DNA of 64,000 nucleotides, from the NCBI GenBank assembly GCA_047967505.1, contig CM106538.1; one strand, 5' to 3'. Under the pieces are notes generated by a model. That model worked only from the letters and a program-made list of their open reading frames with translations, searched no databases and was not told the origin of the DNA. The position numbers and the translations under genes were made by a program. Below are positions 24,363 through 37,546 of the stretch, piece by piece; positions within the stretch are counted from its first letter, which is position 1; every line of letters starts with the position of its first letter. Source of the DNA: Dipteris shenzhenensis (taxonomy: Eukaryota).

Positions 24363-27075
24363 TGTTGGAAAGTGGGAGTGAAGGAGGACATCATGGAAGA
24401 GAGTGTGGGAACCAAATGGCAAAATGTTCCATTGAGTTGAGAGGAAGTCCTCTCTTTTATAGAATGGGAGAGAGGGTGGCCTAAATCAATAACACCTCTC
24501 CTACATCAAAGGAGGTAACTCCTAAATCATAGGAACTCCATAATCATAGGCACCACCCCACGTGGGGGCCTTTGCATTACATCATCACGTGTGTCATGGC
24601 CTATGGCACTAAGTGTGCCTCTTCTACACTCACACACACACAAACCATATGATTGCTAGTGGAAGCACACATGCACCTAGCAAGCCCTTGATCACACACA
24701 TCCCAACATGCCCCCCCTCAAGGGTTTGCCTGATGCTATGTCAACAATACATCTAGTCACATAGTTTCTCGTGCCATCTCATGGTGGTCAAGGATAAATC
24801 TATGGCTAGGATCTCATGCTAGCAAAGGTGCCCAAGGGTCAAGGTTGACAAAAATGGGATAGACCAAAGACATATCACATGGCCTACATCATATGCTGAC
24901 CAAAGGTGATTTACAAAAGACAAAACACATAATATTCTTTTTGGAGTACTATTCCAGGCAGAGAACCTCAAAAATTAGCCAAGTGATGATAAATAAAGTT
25001 CAAAAGACAAAGTGCTCAAAAGGCATAGTCTTTATCTTCTATCACAAAGTTTGATTCTTCATTTGTTGATGGAGTTCTCTCTTCAACCAAATTTGCCATG
25101 TTTTTCTTCTTCTCATTGCAAAACTTCTCTGAATGATTGTTCTTGGCACAATAAGTGCAAGGATGGATCTTGTAGCAATTTTTTTCAAGATGATTGGTCT
25201 TTCCACAATGCTTGCATGCCTTGTACTTGCTCTTTAATGAAAACTTTACTACAAGTGCTTGAGTGTGCACTTCACCCATTCTTGAAGTGTTCTTTCTCTC
25301 TTCCTCTTGTAGAGCACTGATGATGCCCTCCAGTGTGGGTTGGGGAAGATTCTTCAAGGTAGTCACAACATAATCATAGTCTTGAGTCATACTCTTCAAG
25401 AGCACAACCATAGCATCATCTTCAATAACTAGAGAGTTGATTGAGGCCAATTGTGTCATAATACTCCTCAAAGTATTAACATGAGCTGCAACATTGTCTC
25501 CATCCATCTTAAGTTCAAAGAACTTAGTTTTCAAATTCAACTTAGAAGTATGAGAGCTAGCACCAAATAACACGTCTAACTTATGCCAGGCCAAAGGGGA
25601 TTCCAAATCTGAAATATGATGCACATAATCATCTCCCAAACCTAATGCAATAATTGCATAAGCTTTCTCTAGCCTTTTAGCATTTGTAGGTGTAGTTGAA
25701 GAAGAGTCACTTGCCTTCCCTTTACCTTTGGTTGTGGTGGATTACTTGACCAAGTCCCACAAATTCTGTTTCATAAGCACGAATTTGATTTTCATTTGCC
25801 AAGTGTGAAAACCTTGGCCATTAAACTTGTCTATCTTAAAGTTGGCCATGAGAGGGTCTTACCTTTATGTTTAGGTAGTGTTTGCTCTCTTACAAATGGC
25901 TTATGAGTCTCAACCATACAAGTGCATATTGCAAGCCATAAAATCCGAAAATCCTAAACTTTTTGCATCAAAATAATAATATGGTTTATGTGACTTTTCC
26001 TTCACAAGTTTTATATTGACATATCTAGGTGCTTATTTCTTCTTCTTTGCTTTCACATATGAAGCATTGGAAGATGAACAAGAGCTAGGCATTATTAACC
26101 AATAATTTTCTGTCAATAAGTCATCTCCAAGCTTGCATCAAGCATTCAACAATAAAAAATGCCCAAAACTGAAGAGTAAAAAAAGGAGTAATTTGGAGGG
26201 CTTGATTCAAGCTCTATAGAGCATAACTGAGAGAGCTTTTAATGTGCATTTGAAGACCTTATACAAAAGATTGTCCACCTAGGAGGATTGCCCAAAAAAT
26301 GCACAGCATTGCTCATGGCAGTAGCGCCTTCTTCGACTAGTCTTTTGCTTGTTTCTCCTTTTCCAGCAAGCATTTGAGCTCAAATTTCATCAACAGCAAG
26401 CTCATAGTGTTGCCCACTTGCAGCTCAGAGGAATTGACAAAATATCGCGTCTATGGGCGGAATTGCTTAAAAGTTCCATGAGCCGAGATCGTGTTGGCAT
26501 GGGCAAACAAAGCAAAATTTCAAAGAATGCTTGGTGTCGAAGATGCACCCCAAGAGAGGATACTTCAGCTCAGAGGGATCTGGGAATGGTCGCTTAATGG
26601 AGGAGAACGGAGCTAAGCAAAATCTATAGAGAAAGAGGGCAAAAATGAAGAAGGTGGAGGGTGGAGAAGAAGATGATGAGGTGTCATATTGAAGCTATAA
26701 TGGGCTAGGGACTCAAGGAGGCTCTGATACCAAATGTTAGAAATTAGGAGTGAAGGAGGACATCATGGAAGAGAGTGTGGGAACCAAATGGCAAAATGTT
26801 CCATTGAGTTGAGAGGAAGTCCTCTCTTTTATAGAATGGGAGAGAAGGTGGTCTAAATCAATGGCACCTCTCCTACATCAAAGGAGGTAACTCCTAACTC
26901 ATAGGAGCTCCACAATCATAGGCACCACCCCATGTGGGGGCCTTTGCATTACATCATCACCTGTGTCATGGCCTAAGGCACTAAGTGTGCCTCTTCTCAC
27001 ACACACACAAACCATATGACTACTAGTGGATGCACACATGCACCTAGCAAGCCCTTGATCACACACATCCCAACA
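24363..27075 (-). mobile_element. Gag-only Ty1/copia-type LTR element (TR-GAG-like), complete
   Basis: LTRs 24363-24708 and 26735-27075 (TG...CA; ~16 substitutions plus a 5-bp indel); TSD CTTTT (24358-24362, 27076-27080); PBS (minus) TGGTATCAGAGC 26732-26721; PPT (minus) GAGGGGGGG next to 24709; only gag inside. Confidence 0.95.
25016..25849 (-). pseudogene. Copia-type Gag (UBN2-like) with two CCHC knuckles; one in-frame stop
   Basis: MANFKIDKFNGQGFHTWQMKIKFVLMKQNLWDLVK* (TAA at 25744-25742), then in the same frame AWHKL..LF, FFELKM, HVNTLRSI, LLKSM..DY; knuckles CKHCGKTNHLEKNC and CTYCAKNNHSEKFC; ends in TGA. Confidence 0.9.
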
Positions 27076-27926
27076 CTTTTCAATATAGCCTAATGACTCT
27101 GTCGAAACTGCCAAATAGAGGCCAACTACATCGTCATAGCAAAAAGCACATGCTTGACAATCAACGCCCGAGCATTCCAACCCATTGTAACACCATACCA
27201 TGCCTGCACCTTAATCCAAATATTTTTTTAGACCAATCAAATATGTGTCTTAGGGTAAGCCCCATCCCCAATGGGGCTCCTAAATATTGGACCACCACCC
27301 CTCTTTGCAGCCACTTCATCAACATTTGACACAACCAGTCAGGCAAGACCCCTAAAAATTGAACCACCACCCCTCTCTGCAGCCACTTAATCAACATTTG
27401 CGCCAACTAGTCAGGCAACACCCCACAATCACTACGCATTTATCTCAGCTAAAGACCCAGATGGCAAACAAAACTTTTCCAAAACATCACATAGATTCTT
27501 CACTCTCCCTTGTTCCTCCAAAGACAAAGCCACCATATCATTAGCAAAAAGCTAGGGGCAAAATTGATTACTTGAAGGAAGGGTCACCCCTCTAATCTCC
27601 CCATTGGCTCCTTCTTCCTTAGTCAACTGAATTAAGGGAACAATTTATATAGCAAATAGCAACGGAGAGAGGGAACACCCCTACTGAACATATATCCTCT
27701 AATCAAGCCTTCCTACCACCCCACTATTTAAGCAAAGCACCGCAGCTGCATTACCAAACAATGTTTTCACCATTCGTGCAAAATCCTTTATACCAAATCC
27801 CAATTTGTCCAAAATTGCTAGGATAAAATCCCAACGGACCCTATTGTATTCTTGGTCAAAGTCAAACCCTAGCAATACACCTCTAACCTATTTCAGTAGG
27901 GTGTCTAGATTCCCACCTAATCCATG

Positions 27927-27928
<2 letters not shown>

Positions 27929-27987
<59 letters not shown>

Positions 27988-28022
27988 CCTCCCTCCCTCC
28001 CTCCCTCCCTCCTTCCCTCCCT

Positions 28023-28055
<33 letters not shown>

Positions 28056-28137
28056 CCCCCCCCCCCAAAGCACCAATCCCCTCCTTATGGCCTTAAGAGG
28101 GGCTCTTATTTATTTATTATAGATTTGATTGATTAAT

Positions 28138-28179
<42 letters not shown>
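27929..28179. repeat. Compound microsatellite (CT)n/(CCCT)n and (AT)n
   Basis: Direct inspection: CT/CCCT tract 27929-28055, AT tract ~28139-28179. Confidence 0.98.
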
Positions 28180-28181
<2 letters not shown>

Positions 28182-28299
28182 TTTTTGTATTTAGAACTAT
28201 TAAATATGGCAACCCAAGTAATGGCTTCATGCCAAGTGAAATTGGTTTGTTACTTTCTTCTTTCTTTTTCTTTGTTTTAACATGTTCACTTATATTAAG

Positions 28300-31200
28300 G
28301 GGGAGATCACCCTCCAAAAAAGACATGGATACAAAAATTGGCTAACTAAAAGGGCAAAGTGCCCGAGCCTACACTACGAAGGCAATCAAGAGCTAACCAA
28401 CCAAGAACAATACTAAAGTGAAAAGCACAGGTGCTAGTGTGTACATATATCCACTAGCAATGTTAATCATCAATAGTTGTTCTTGTTTTTTCCCAAGAGA
28501 TCTCGATCTCCTAAGTTGAGAGAGTTGCAAATTTCCTAACCCGATAAGAAAATGGAGGACCTGAGATAGGACTAGCAAGTAGCCAAGGTTGATAGGAAAC
28601 CGGGTTGGTCCTCAATGAGCACAGATCAGCATCTCAACTTCAGAGAATGCTGCACCATTTTACCTATCTCCTTAATAGTTCCCTCCACTATTTTCCAAAC
28701 CGCATGAATCACTGGGCAAGACCAACACAGGTGTTTCTTCATAGGAAATCCCACAAAATGGACTTCTTGGATTTATCACCATCCACTTGGATAGTTTACC
28801 CTTTAGAGGAAGCGACATATGTAATACTTTCCACAACAAGAGGCTTGCCTTTCCAGCACAGCAACCCTTCCAGACATTCTTGAAGCAATCAAGACACCAA
28901 CCTTGACTACGTCTTAGCCTCCCCTTCTCATTAAGATCGGTCACCAGACAATGCTTCTCCAAGAGTCATCTATACACCAATCTCGAAGAGAGTTTCCTCA
29001 TACTTGATCTCTTTCCAATGCACCAATGGTTAACCCTCCAATCACACATAGTAACATAATTATAGGGCTAGTTAGATGGCACCCAGGTCATGACCAAAGC
29101 AAGTAAAGCTACCTCATTGTTGTTAGTTGTTAAGCAATCATGATTTCCGACAGAAATTTCCAAGAAGCAGCTCATACATCCCATAACTAAAGCCAAGTAT
29201 AGACTCCTTTCTTCTGCAAATTCCGAGCCCCAATCAAATCTAAAACTAGAGGTTTATTTTCAGTTGAGACACCCAGCTCCACCACAAATTTTCATGATGG
29301 CTAGCATCACCATGTAATCCAAGTCTCCCTTTCTAGAAATCAAATAGCCACAGACCGACAATTATATAAGACCACACCACTTTCATAGGAAACTAAGAGC
29401 AAAACTGTTAGACCCTATCAAGTGCCTATACCTCGTGCTTTCCCATTCTCAATAAACAATTTAATAACATCTACCCAAGGAGCATTTCATTCAAAAAGAC
29501 AGGAGGGGTTGCTTGCAGAGCAAAGAAACATTTCTTAGGCCAACATCTGGTACCCCCAAGCCAACTTTCAACTTAGGAACTTTGGGAGCATCGCATGGAA
29601 TATAGTGAAATTGTTATCTACCCCTCTTCAACCCATAAGAAGGCACGCAAAATCCTCTCAATCTCAATCCAATGTGACCTTTTGAAATTCTAAAACGAGG
29701 CCAAATAAGTAGCGGAAGGAGCCAATACATGTTGGACAATGAGAACACGGGCATTCTAGCCCATAAAGGCTCCATACCAAGCCCAGAACTTTTGCCTAAT
29801 CCAATCCTTGAACTAGCCAAAACACTGTCCAAGAGTTAGGCCTAAGCCAATAGGGGGAGCCCAAGTATCTGACCACCAAACCTCTTTGAATCCAATTGAC
29901 TTGCAACTCAGCAAACCACTCAGGAAGGGGACCTTGATTAATTTTGATTGTAAAAGATTTGGAATAAGCTACATTCCAACCCTGAGGCTGCACAAAACTT
30001 CTTTGAGATAGTGCAAAGGTCGATTGTATTTTCTTGACTCTCCTCTAAAAAGGCCACATTATCATTTGCAAAAAAATAATTAGGGTAATAGTACCTAGGG
30101 CAAGCAACAAGGGTGCTAAGGGGCACCCTTACCTCACAAATTATTGAAGCTCATAGCTGCCCACCCCCCCCATTGAAGCAAAGAACTGCTATAGGATTCC
30201 CAAATAGCCAACATACCATCCTTCCAAACACCAGTCCAAACCTATGCTGACATCCTCAAATATAATTTTCTTCCTAACAACATCATTAGCCATTGCCACT
30301 AAATCATTTTTAATGGTCTTCCAAAGGCAACAAAAACCTCAACAATCAAACCATCAGGATTATGCAACTTGTCATTCTCACAATTCTTTCTCCATAAAAA
30401 ACCCTTCTTAAACTCTATAGTAGAACTTAAAAGACCTTAAAAGCCCTTGCTAAACTCTATAGTTGAACTTTAAAGACCCTAGAATTTATCTCAGATAGCA
30501 CCTCCCTGACATTTTCTCTCCATGATCGTTCCTACATACTCGTAGAACAACCATCTCCCCCAATTCGACAAGAAAACTTTAGCAACGTGCCAAAATCAAA
30601 ACACAAGAGTACCCTTTTGATGCATTACTCCATCTAGTGACTTTCTCTTCTTAACACATCAAAAAACAACTTAGAAGTGTAGATCCCCCAAAGCCAACCA
30701 TGTTTGCCTGCTTTTGATTCTTGCTTATATAGCTTTCTCAAGCTCAACAAGCTGTAAGACTTTCTCCATCTCAGCCAACAAGGTCAAGGTGATTGCATCA
30801 TAAGGAGAAACATATAGGGCTTCCTACAAGCCTCTGTAATCTGAGCCAAGCCCTCCCCCTTAGAGAAAATTATTTAATTCTAGGTATCCCACTTGCAAGC
30901 TAAATCAACCCACCCCTTTGATTACTACATCCCACTTCTCACACAGATCCATAATGCCAATACCACATTCCTTCCATCTACATATGATAGCTCCACAAAA
31001 CTCTTGTTAAATTTGAAAGGAATATCCATGGCTATGTTTTGAATGCCTACAAGGCTCGTAGTCATCTGTTTTCAGTGCAATAAATAATAAAGAAATACCG
31101 CAAGGGGCACCAGCTGATTTGGGGCCAATCAATGTACTGTGTTTTTAGCAAGAGCAGATTAATGCATAAGCCTACTAATGACAACTGCAAAAGCATCCCA

Positions 31201-32140
31201 ATTAACCCTAACATTTTGGACATATCTTTCTGCCTTAAAAACTGCCAATAATTTATGGGATTATGTCATAGGTAATGAAGCCCATCCCAATCATCTTGTG
31301 TCAGGATGGTGAATGGCAAAGAAATTTTCCATAACATAGGTAAATGATTAGATATGCCAAAACTCAAATATATTCCCCACCCATGGGGATCATCATCCAC
31401 CATCCCTTTTTTGAAGTGTAGAACCAATCAATTCGACTTGCATGAAAATTAGAACCTTTTCTCTTATTATCCCACAAATAACCAATTAAGCCCTCAAGGT
31501 CCAATTCAAAATAGTTTACCACCCCTATCCAATCACAACTCTCCAAAAAATCCAACTCTATACTAGAGATACCCCTACTCAGGTGCAACTGATCCTTGCA
31601 TGCCACCGTCATGTTCTAGTCACCCACCTACAACCAAATGATCTCTCATTCAACCAATAGGAACCTCTCCCAGTCGGGGAATTGGAGCACAAACACTTGC
31701 AACTCTAAACCCGAAGTCCTAAATCTTGACCATAAGAACAACAAAGTACCCTTACTCATCCCCAAACAGCTTTTGCATTGTAAGACACCCAAACACTAGA
31801 ATGGCAACACCCCCCCTACCATGAGCAATTCAATTCACAAAGATATTAAAATCTAGTTGATGCAACACAAGCCATAGCCCATCATCCTCACCACATTTCA
31901 ACTCTTGTAATAGGACAATGTCATACCCCCTCTCCTTGATAACCAACATACAAACTTTTTGTTTAATCTTTTTCAACTCTTGTAGTAGGACAATGTCATA
32001 CCCCCTCTCCTTGATAACTAACTCTTGTAGTAGGACAATGTCATACACCCTCTCCTTGATAACCAACAAACAAAATTTTTGTTTCATCTTATCACCAACC
32101 CCTTACATTCCATGATAGAGCAGACACACTAGTATAAAAA
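28300..32140 (-). mobile_element. Decayed L1-type LINE(s): APE endonuclease and RT remnants
   Basis: DIVLLQELK (31890-32070, locally triplicated), SRIDWFY (~31430), FFANDNVAFL (YADD-like, ~30060), VRYLG (~29865). Confidence 0.7.
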
Positions 32141-33037
32141 ACTCCACCTGATGCTCCTACTTTGATTAAGATTGGGAGAATGCTTTATATGCATCCTTAA
32201 AAAATGAAATTAGTTCTAGTTTCCCGCCAAATTTCTCATCACCTCTTTGAGATTCTTGTAACACCCTGCATGGACGAAGAGTTACCTTTCGACCTCGCTT
32301 TAATAAGAGGATTCTTTGCATTAGATTTTTCTTAATCCATGCGCTTTCTATGATTAGCTTCATGTAGATCTTCTTCTTGCGCTTGCTCTTGTACTAGGAG
32401 AGATGGCAAATCGCTTCCTTTAGCCTCACTTGGAGAATCCCTTGGTTTGGTCTTCTTCTTAGACTTTAGTCTCAGGATTTTTGGCAGGGATGGCTCACTA
32501 AAAGTTGGAGCTGCCCTTCATGTTCAAACACTTAAGCTAGCACCTTGCCTTTTCTCCCGATAGTCTTCCATGGCTTTTCTTTCAATAGGGCTATAACCTC
32601 CTCAGGGATGTCCGATTGATCATGCTTCAATAGATTCAAGGTCAAATTGGATAAACCAAGTTGATCATGCTTTGATGTTGTCTCATTATGTTTGTGGATG
32701 AAAACTTCTCACTCCCGTAGATGGGCTCCAATGAATGTGAAGTATTTCCTTTCTAGTCAACCATCTTGTCTCCCTTTGCAAGGGAGAATTTCTCCTCCCT
32801 GTTCAGTATCACACATTCAAAAAGGCACCAAACCGTAGTTGCTAAAATAAAATCACCTCATCCGAGAGTGTGATGGACACAAGCTGAGGATATCTTGGCC
32901 TGTGTGCCATAAGATCTAGGCCTTTTTAGCTCCAAATATCATTCACTATATTGAGAAAAAGGCAACACACTAGCTATTTTGTCTTTCTTTAATAGGAATT
33001 GTATCTTAGAAGATCAAATGCAACTTCCTCCCCCACC

Positions 33038-33041
<4 letters not shown>

Positions 33042-33136
<95 letters not shown>

Positions 33137-33201
33137 CGTCTCCCTCTCCCTCTCCTAAAAGATCAAATGCAACTTCCTCCCCCCCCTTCTCTCTCCCCCC
33201 A

Positions 33202-33296
<95 letters not shown>

Positions 33297-33302
33297 CCCC
33301 CT

Positions 33303-33377
<75 letters not shown>

Positions 33378-33380
33378 CTC
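33042..33380. repeat. Long compound (CT)n microsatellite
   Basis: Three CT tracts, with a duplicated spacer AAGATCAAATGCAACTTCCTCCCCC at ~33010 and ~33159. Confidence 0.98.
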
Positions 33381-35300
33381 CAAATAAAAGTATTTTACAT
33401 ATGGCCACATGGCTGCCATTTTATGTCCAAGATTTCCCTCCCTGATTACTTTGAACCACTATGCTAGCTCAAAGTACACTCATCCAATAAATAGCCATGT
33501 CATTCTCCACTAGATGTGTTAACCTTAATGAAGAGACTTGCCATAATAGTAGCCCTTTGCTACAATCTATGTGAGCTTCAATACCAACTTTTACATCAAA
33601 TATGAAAGCATTCTTGATTAACCAAATATACCACAAACCTATTCATTGGAAGAAATGAAAGAAGAACAAATATTATGGATTATCTAGCCCATGTAGAATC
33701 TTGCCAAAAACCCAATTTTAAACCATGATGGCCCTATTGGTCAATAGCTTCCATATCTGAGAAATGAAATTTCGCACCTTCATTACCATCACACATGAAA
33801 TGGAAAGAGACATAGAAGTTTCCAAGCATGTAGTACAAAACACATGATTACAAGGACCAATCCATTGCTTTCATGATTAGTCTCCCATGGGTAGGCCTCC
33901 CACTAGCATGTGCTAGATAAACACCTTCCCTTGATATGGAATGTTAGAGTGCCAGCTCTTGAAAAGTCCTTCCTTTCACTAGGCCCTCCTCTTCTCGGTG
34001 TGCAATACTGATTAGTTTTCTAAGTGAGCATATGCTTCTCTTTCACTATCATATGGTACAACTTGACTTGTTATATGCTAGACTATGGCCTAAGGCTTTT
34101 GAAATGCCAAATCTAATCAAGATTGCTGGTTCTCCACTTGAAGAATCTCACCAAATGATGTAAGGGCCACCCTCACTTTCTCCCATAACTGTGCGAAGCC
34201 ACAAGAAAGCTGTAAGGATTGTCCCATTTCTTAAAACAATAATAATACACCTCCATAGGGCAACAAAGCATCCCATATTCTCACTAACCCCAACAATCCA
34301 TTTGATTGAATTGTGGCCTCTCAATTAATTTTTTAAGCCACTTTAGAAAGTAGCCAGCATGTCACCTATCGTGGAATTCAAATACAACCATTAATCAGAG
34401 GGCTTCCATTTAGTATATTCCAACCCCTCCTTCCATGGAATCATCAAATGAGAAAGGAGAGGTGAAGCTAACACTTGAAGTTATTGGGAAGCATTCACTA
34501 CATCCCACCACGTACTATCAATCTTGGGATTACCATCCACAAGTAAAACCTCCTCTATGAGTGCTTTAGCCATTGGCACCCATGGATCTTGAGATTCACA
34601 CATATCTTGGAGTGAAGACCATGACCACATGTAATGGAACATCTAATAAGGTCGCCCTTCCACTCCTCTTTAGAGTAGTAACATGTTCTTAGGAAATCCA
34701 TGTCTGCCCTAGCTTATTGCTTGCTTTTTCCATGGCATAAATCAAATGGGTTATTATATCTTATACAAAGCTTTTACAGTCCATGGCAATAAAGGCAATG
34801 AAAAAATGATCATACTATTGTGCTACTTTGAGGCGAATATGCACGGGCCACCAACCCTAAGGTTTTTAGTACACAAACTTGTCATTAATCCATGCTAGCA
34901 AATTCTGTGAATCAACATCAACTCCAATTGTATAGTCCATGTGATGTGTGATATAGACCCTTTGGATAACCTACCCATTACAAACAAAACCTAGAAAATT
35001 GGTCTCGATACATCTTATTAGAGCAGATTAATGCATAAGCCTTCTGATAACAATTGCAAAAGCATCCCAATTAACCATAACATTTTGGACTCATCTCTTT
35101 GTGCCTTAAAAAACATAAAAGAATCATATACTAAGGCTTGGACAACCATTTTCCCTCTGGCGAGAAGTGTAAGACCTACAACTTCACCATCCTCCACTAG
35201 CTTATCTAGACTAGACAAGATTGGATGTGTACCAATAGCAAGCACGAGGGGGCTAAGGGGGCACCCTTCTGTGATCTATCTCATCAAATGAATAGGCTAA
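33381..35300 (-). mobile_element. L1-type LINE 3' half (RT tail, zf-RVT, C-terminus) ending at a (GA)n tract
   Basis: HPILSSLDKLVEDGEVVGL, YDSFMFFKA (YADD-like) near 35100-35245; IGLWYIWLIKNAFIF-type C-terminal motif near 33600-33660. Confidence 0.75.
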
Positions 35301-35394
35301 GTCACCCCAAGTGGCCAATGTTATGTAATAAGGGGCTAGGATTTCTTTTTCCCTTTATCATAACATTGCACTCAATGTGACATTGGCGATTTCT

Positions 35395-35530
35395 TGCCTA
35401 GAAGAATAGGTTGGATGGCACCAACTTTACTCTCTAGAGTTTTATGATGCAGAATCTCTTGGTTGCCAATAATTTATGGGATTATGTAATAGGTAATGAA
35501 GCCCATCCCAATCATCTTGTGTCAAGAGGT
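35395..35530 (+). mobile_element. Copia gag N-terminal fragment
   Basis: KNRLDGTNFTL*SFMMQNLLVANNLWDYVIG matches the LxGxNYxxW...LWxYVxG motif. Confidence 0.65.
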
Positions 35531-36127
35531 GTGGTCACAGTGGTGGTGCATGGGGTGGCAATAAGGGCAACAACACCTAGTCAACTGCAAGTAACTACAT
35601 TTGACACCTGATCCTCCTACTTTGATTAAGATTGGGAGAATGCTTTATATGCATCCTTAAAAAATGAAATTAGTTCTATTTCCCCCCCAAATTTCTCATC
35701 ACCTCTTTAAGATGCTTGTAGCACCATGCATGGATGAAGAGTTACCTTTTGACCTCGCTTTAATAAGAGGCTTCTTTGCATTAGATTTTTCTTAATCCAT
35801 ACGTTTTTTGTGATTAGCATCATGTAGATCTTCTTCCTGCACTTGGTGTTGTACTAGGAGAGAAGGCAAATCACTTCCTTTAGCCTCACTTTATGAATCC
35901 CTTGGTTTGATCTCCTTCTCAGACTTAGTCTCAAGATTTTTAGCAAGGATCGCTCACTAGAAGTTGGAGCTGCCCTTCATGTTCAAACACTTAAGCTAGC
36001 ACCTTGCCTTGTCTCCTGATAGTCTTCCATGGCTTTTCTTTCAATAGGGCTACAACCTCCTCAGGGATGTCCGATCGATCATGCTTCGATAGATTCAAGG
36101 TCAAATTAGATAAACCAAGTTGATCAT

Positions 36128-37546
36128 TTTTTTTCACAAAAAGAAGGGCTAATTATATTACTTCGAGACAAGGAATACAAGAGACTCAACAGCAATGCTG
36201 GAGCACAGGGATAACTCCCACCTGCGAAACTACAAGCCACACAGGGCTAAGCATAAAACTGTTACAAAATGCTGTCAAAACAAAAGCCCTAGTCTGGGTC
36301 TTCTGAAAACCAGTAAACCACGAAACCAAAAAAGCTACGGATCCCTGATGAAGTGAATCCTGGAAGTACTAGAAAGTCTTCGAGACAGTGAACCATCAAC
36401 TGATATGACTCCTCTGAGTCAACATCGAGCAATCGAGGCCGACCAATAATCCCTGATGAAGTGAATCCTGGAGATACTCGTAATCCAAGCATGTATGGAT
36501 CCCTCCTCCGCTGAGCTCCCGACCATCGTGCCCGCCCGAGGGTGCCAATAGGAAGAGACCTGCCAGCATGAGCAACCACCACCTGACGGGGGGCGAGTCC
36601 GCACTCCAGTAGCCCGCTCCACGCACCTGCAGGCCTCAACCCACATGGGGAGCCTCCTGGTACGACAAGAAGAAGTAGAGCCAAAGGAGAAGGGATCCCT
36701 GAGGAAAGAGTCAAGGGCCGCCGCCCTGTGGAAAAAGGATCTTCGAGAAAAACTCTGAGTCTTGAGAAGCTTGGAGACCCAAGCAAGGAGGCCACCAGCC
36801 GACGCGACCCCTCTGGGTCGTTGTCCAAGGGCCAGGTCTTTCCAACTCCAGTGCACCACTCGTGACCAGGAGATGCTGATGGGACGAGGGCAACACAACC
36901 ACCACCACGGGGAGGCACGAACTGGACGGCTGGGGGATGGCCATGGCCGATGTCGCCAGGGCAAAGCTGCGAGGAGAACTCCAACTCCGGAAGAGCAGGA
37001 GAGTGCAGGGCAAACCTCCTCCCGCCAAAGAAATGCCACCGGGAAGGGAGAGACGCTTCCTGAAAGATGAACCTGCTGCTGCTGTGAAGGTGCAAATGTG
37101 GAGGACCGCCAGGGCAAGGGAGACGGCTGAAGCCGAAGATACTCCCCTCCGAAGAAGTGCAAGGCCCCATGCCACAAGTGGCTCGACACCTCCAAATGCC
37201 CGAACACCCCCAACCCAAACGCTTTCTACTCCACGGAGAGGGAGAAGGGTGCAAAAGACCAGCCTGGAAGACCACACTGCCACGGGAAGGAAGCCACCAA
37301 CAAGCAGGCCAAGGCTGGGGATGCGCCATCCAGGAGAGGCTCAAGGCTGAACCGGAGCAGGGGGGGCAGCCAGTCAGCAAGCGGGAGCACTCAGCCAGCG
37401 GAGGGGGCTTGCAGCAAGGCGAGCAAGGCGGCGACCAAGGTGCGAGGGGAGGGCGCGGGGAGAGAAGGGTGGGAGTGGCAGGGCGGAGCCTAGGCAGCGC
37501 GAGGGGCGGGGGCAGCAGCGGGCGGGGTGAAGGTCGCGTTCTTTTC
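36128..37546 (-). mobile_element. 1.4-kb GC-rich poly(A) retroposed insert (non-autonomous, L1-mobilised)
   Basis: TSD ATAAACCAAGTTGATCAT at 36110-36127 and 37547-37564; oligo(A) tail on minus (T-run 36127-36134); the paralogous site at 32651-32668 is empty with a single copy of the TSD. Confidence 0.93.

Larger units (their letters stand above)
23050..27925 (-). mobile_element. Decayed L1-type LINE ORF2 (RT to C-terminus), split by the LTR element at 24363-27075
   Basis: RT remnants DFDQEYNRVRWDFILAILDK, VVQYLG near 27200-27900; Trp/Cys-rich C-terminal remnants 23100-24350; many stops. Confidence 0.7.

Noticed and set aside
27805-28136. ORFs with poly-ER / poly-SL peptides (also 32999-33445, 38688-39453, 47251-47472)
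   Set aside because: These are translations of (CT)n/(GA)n microsatellites, not genes.
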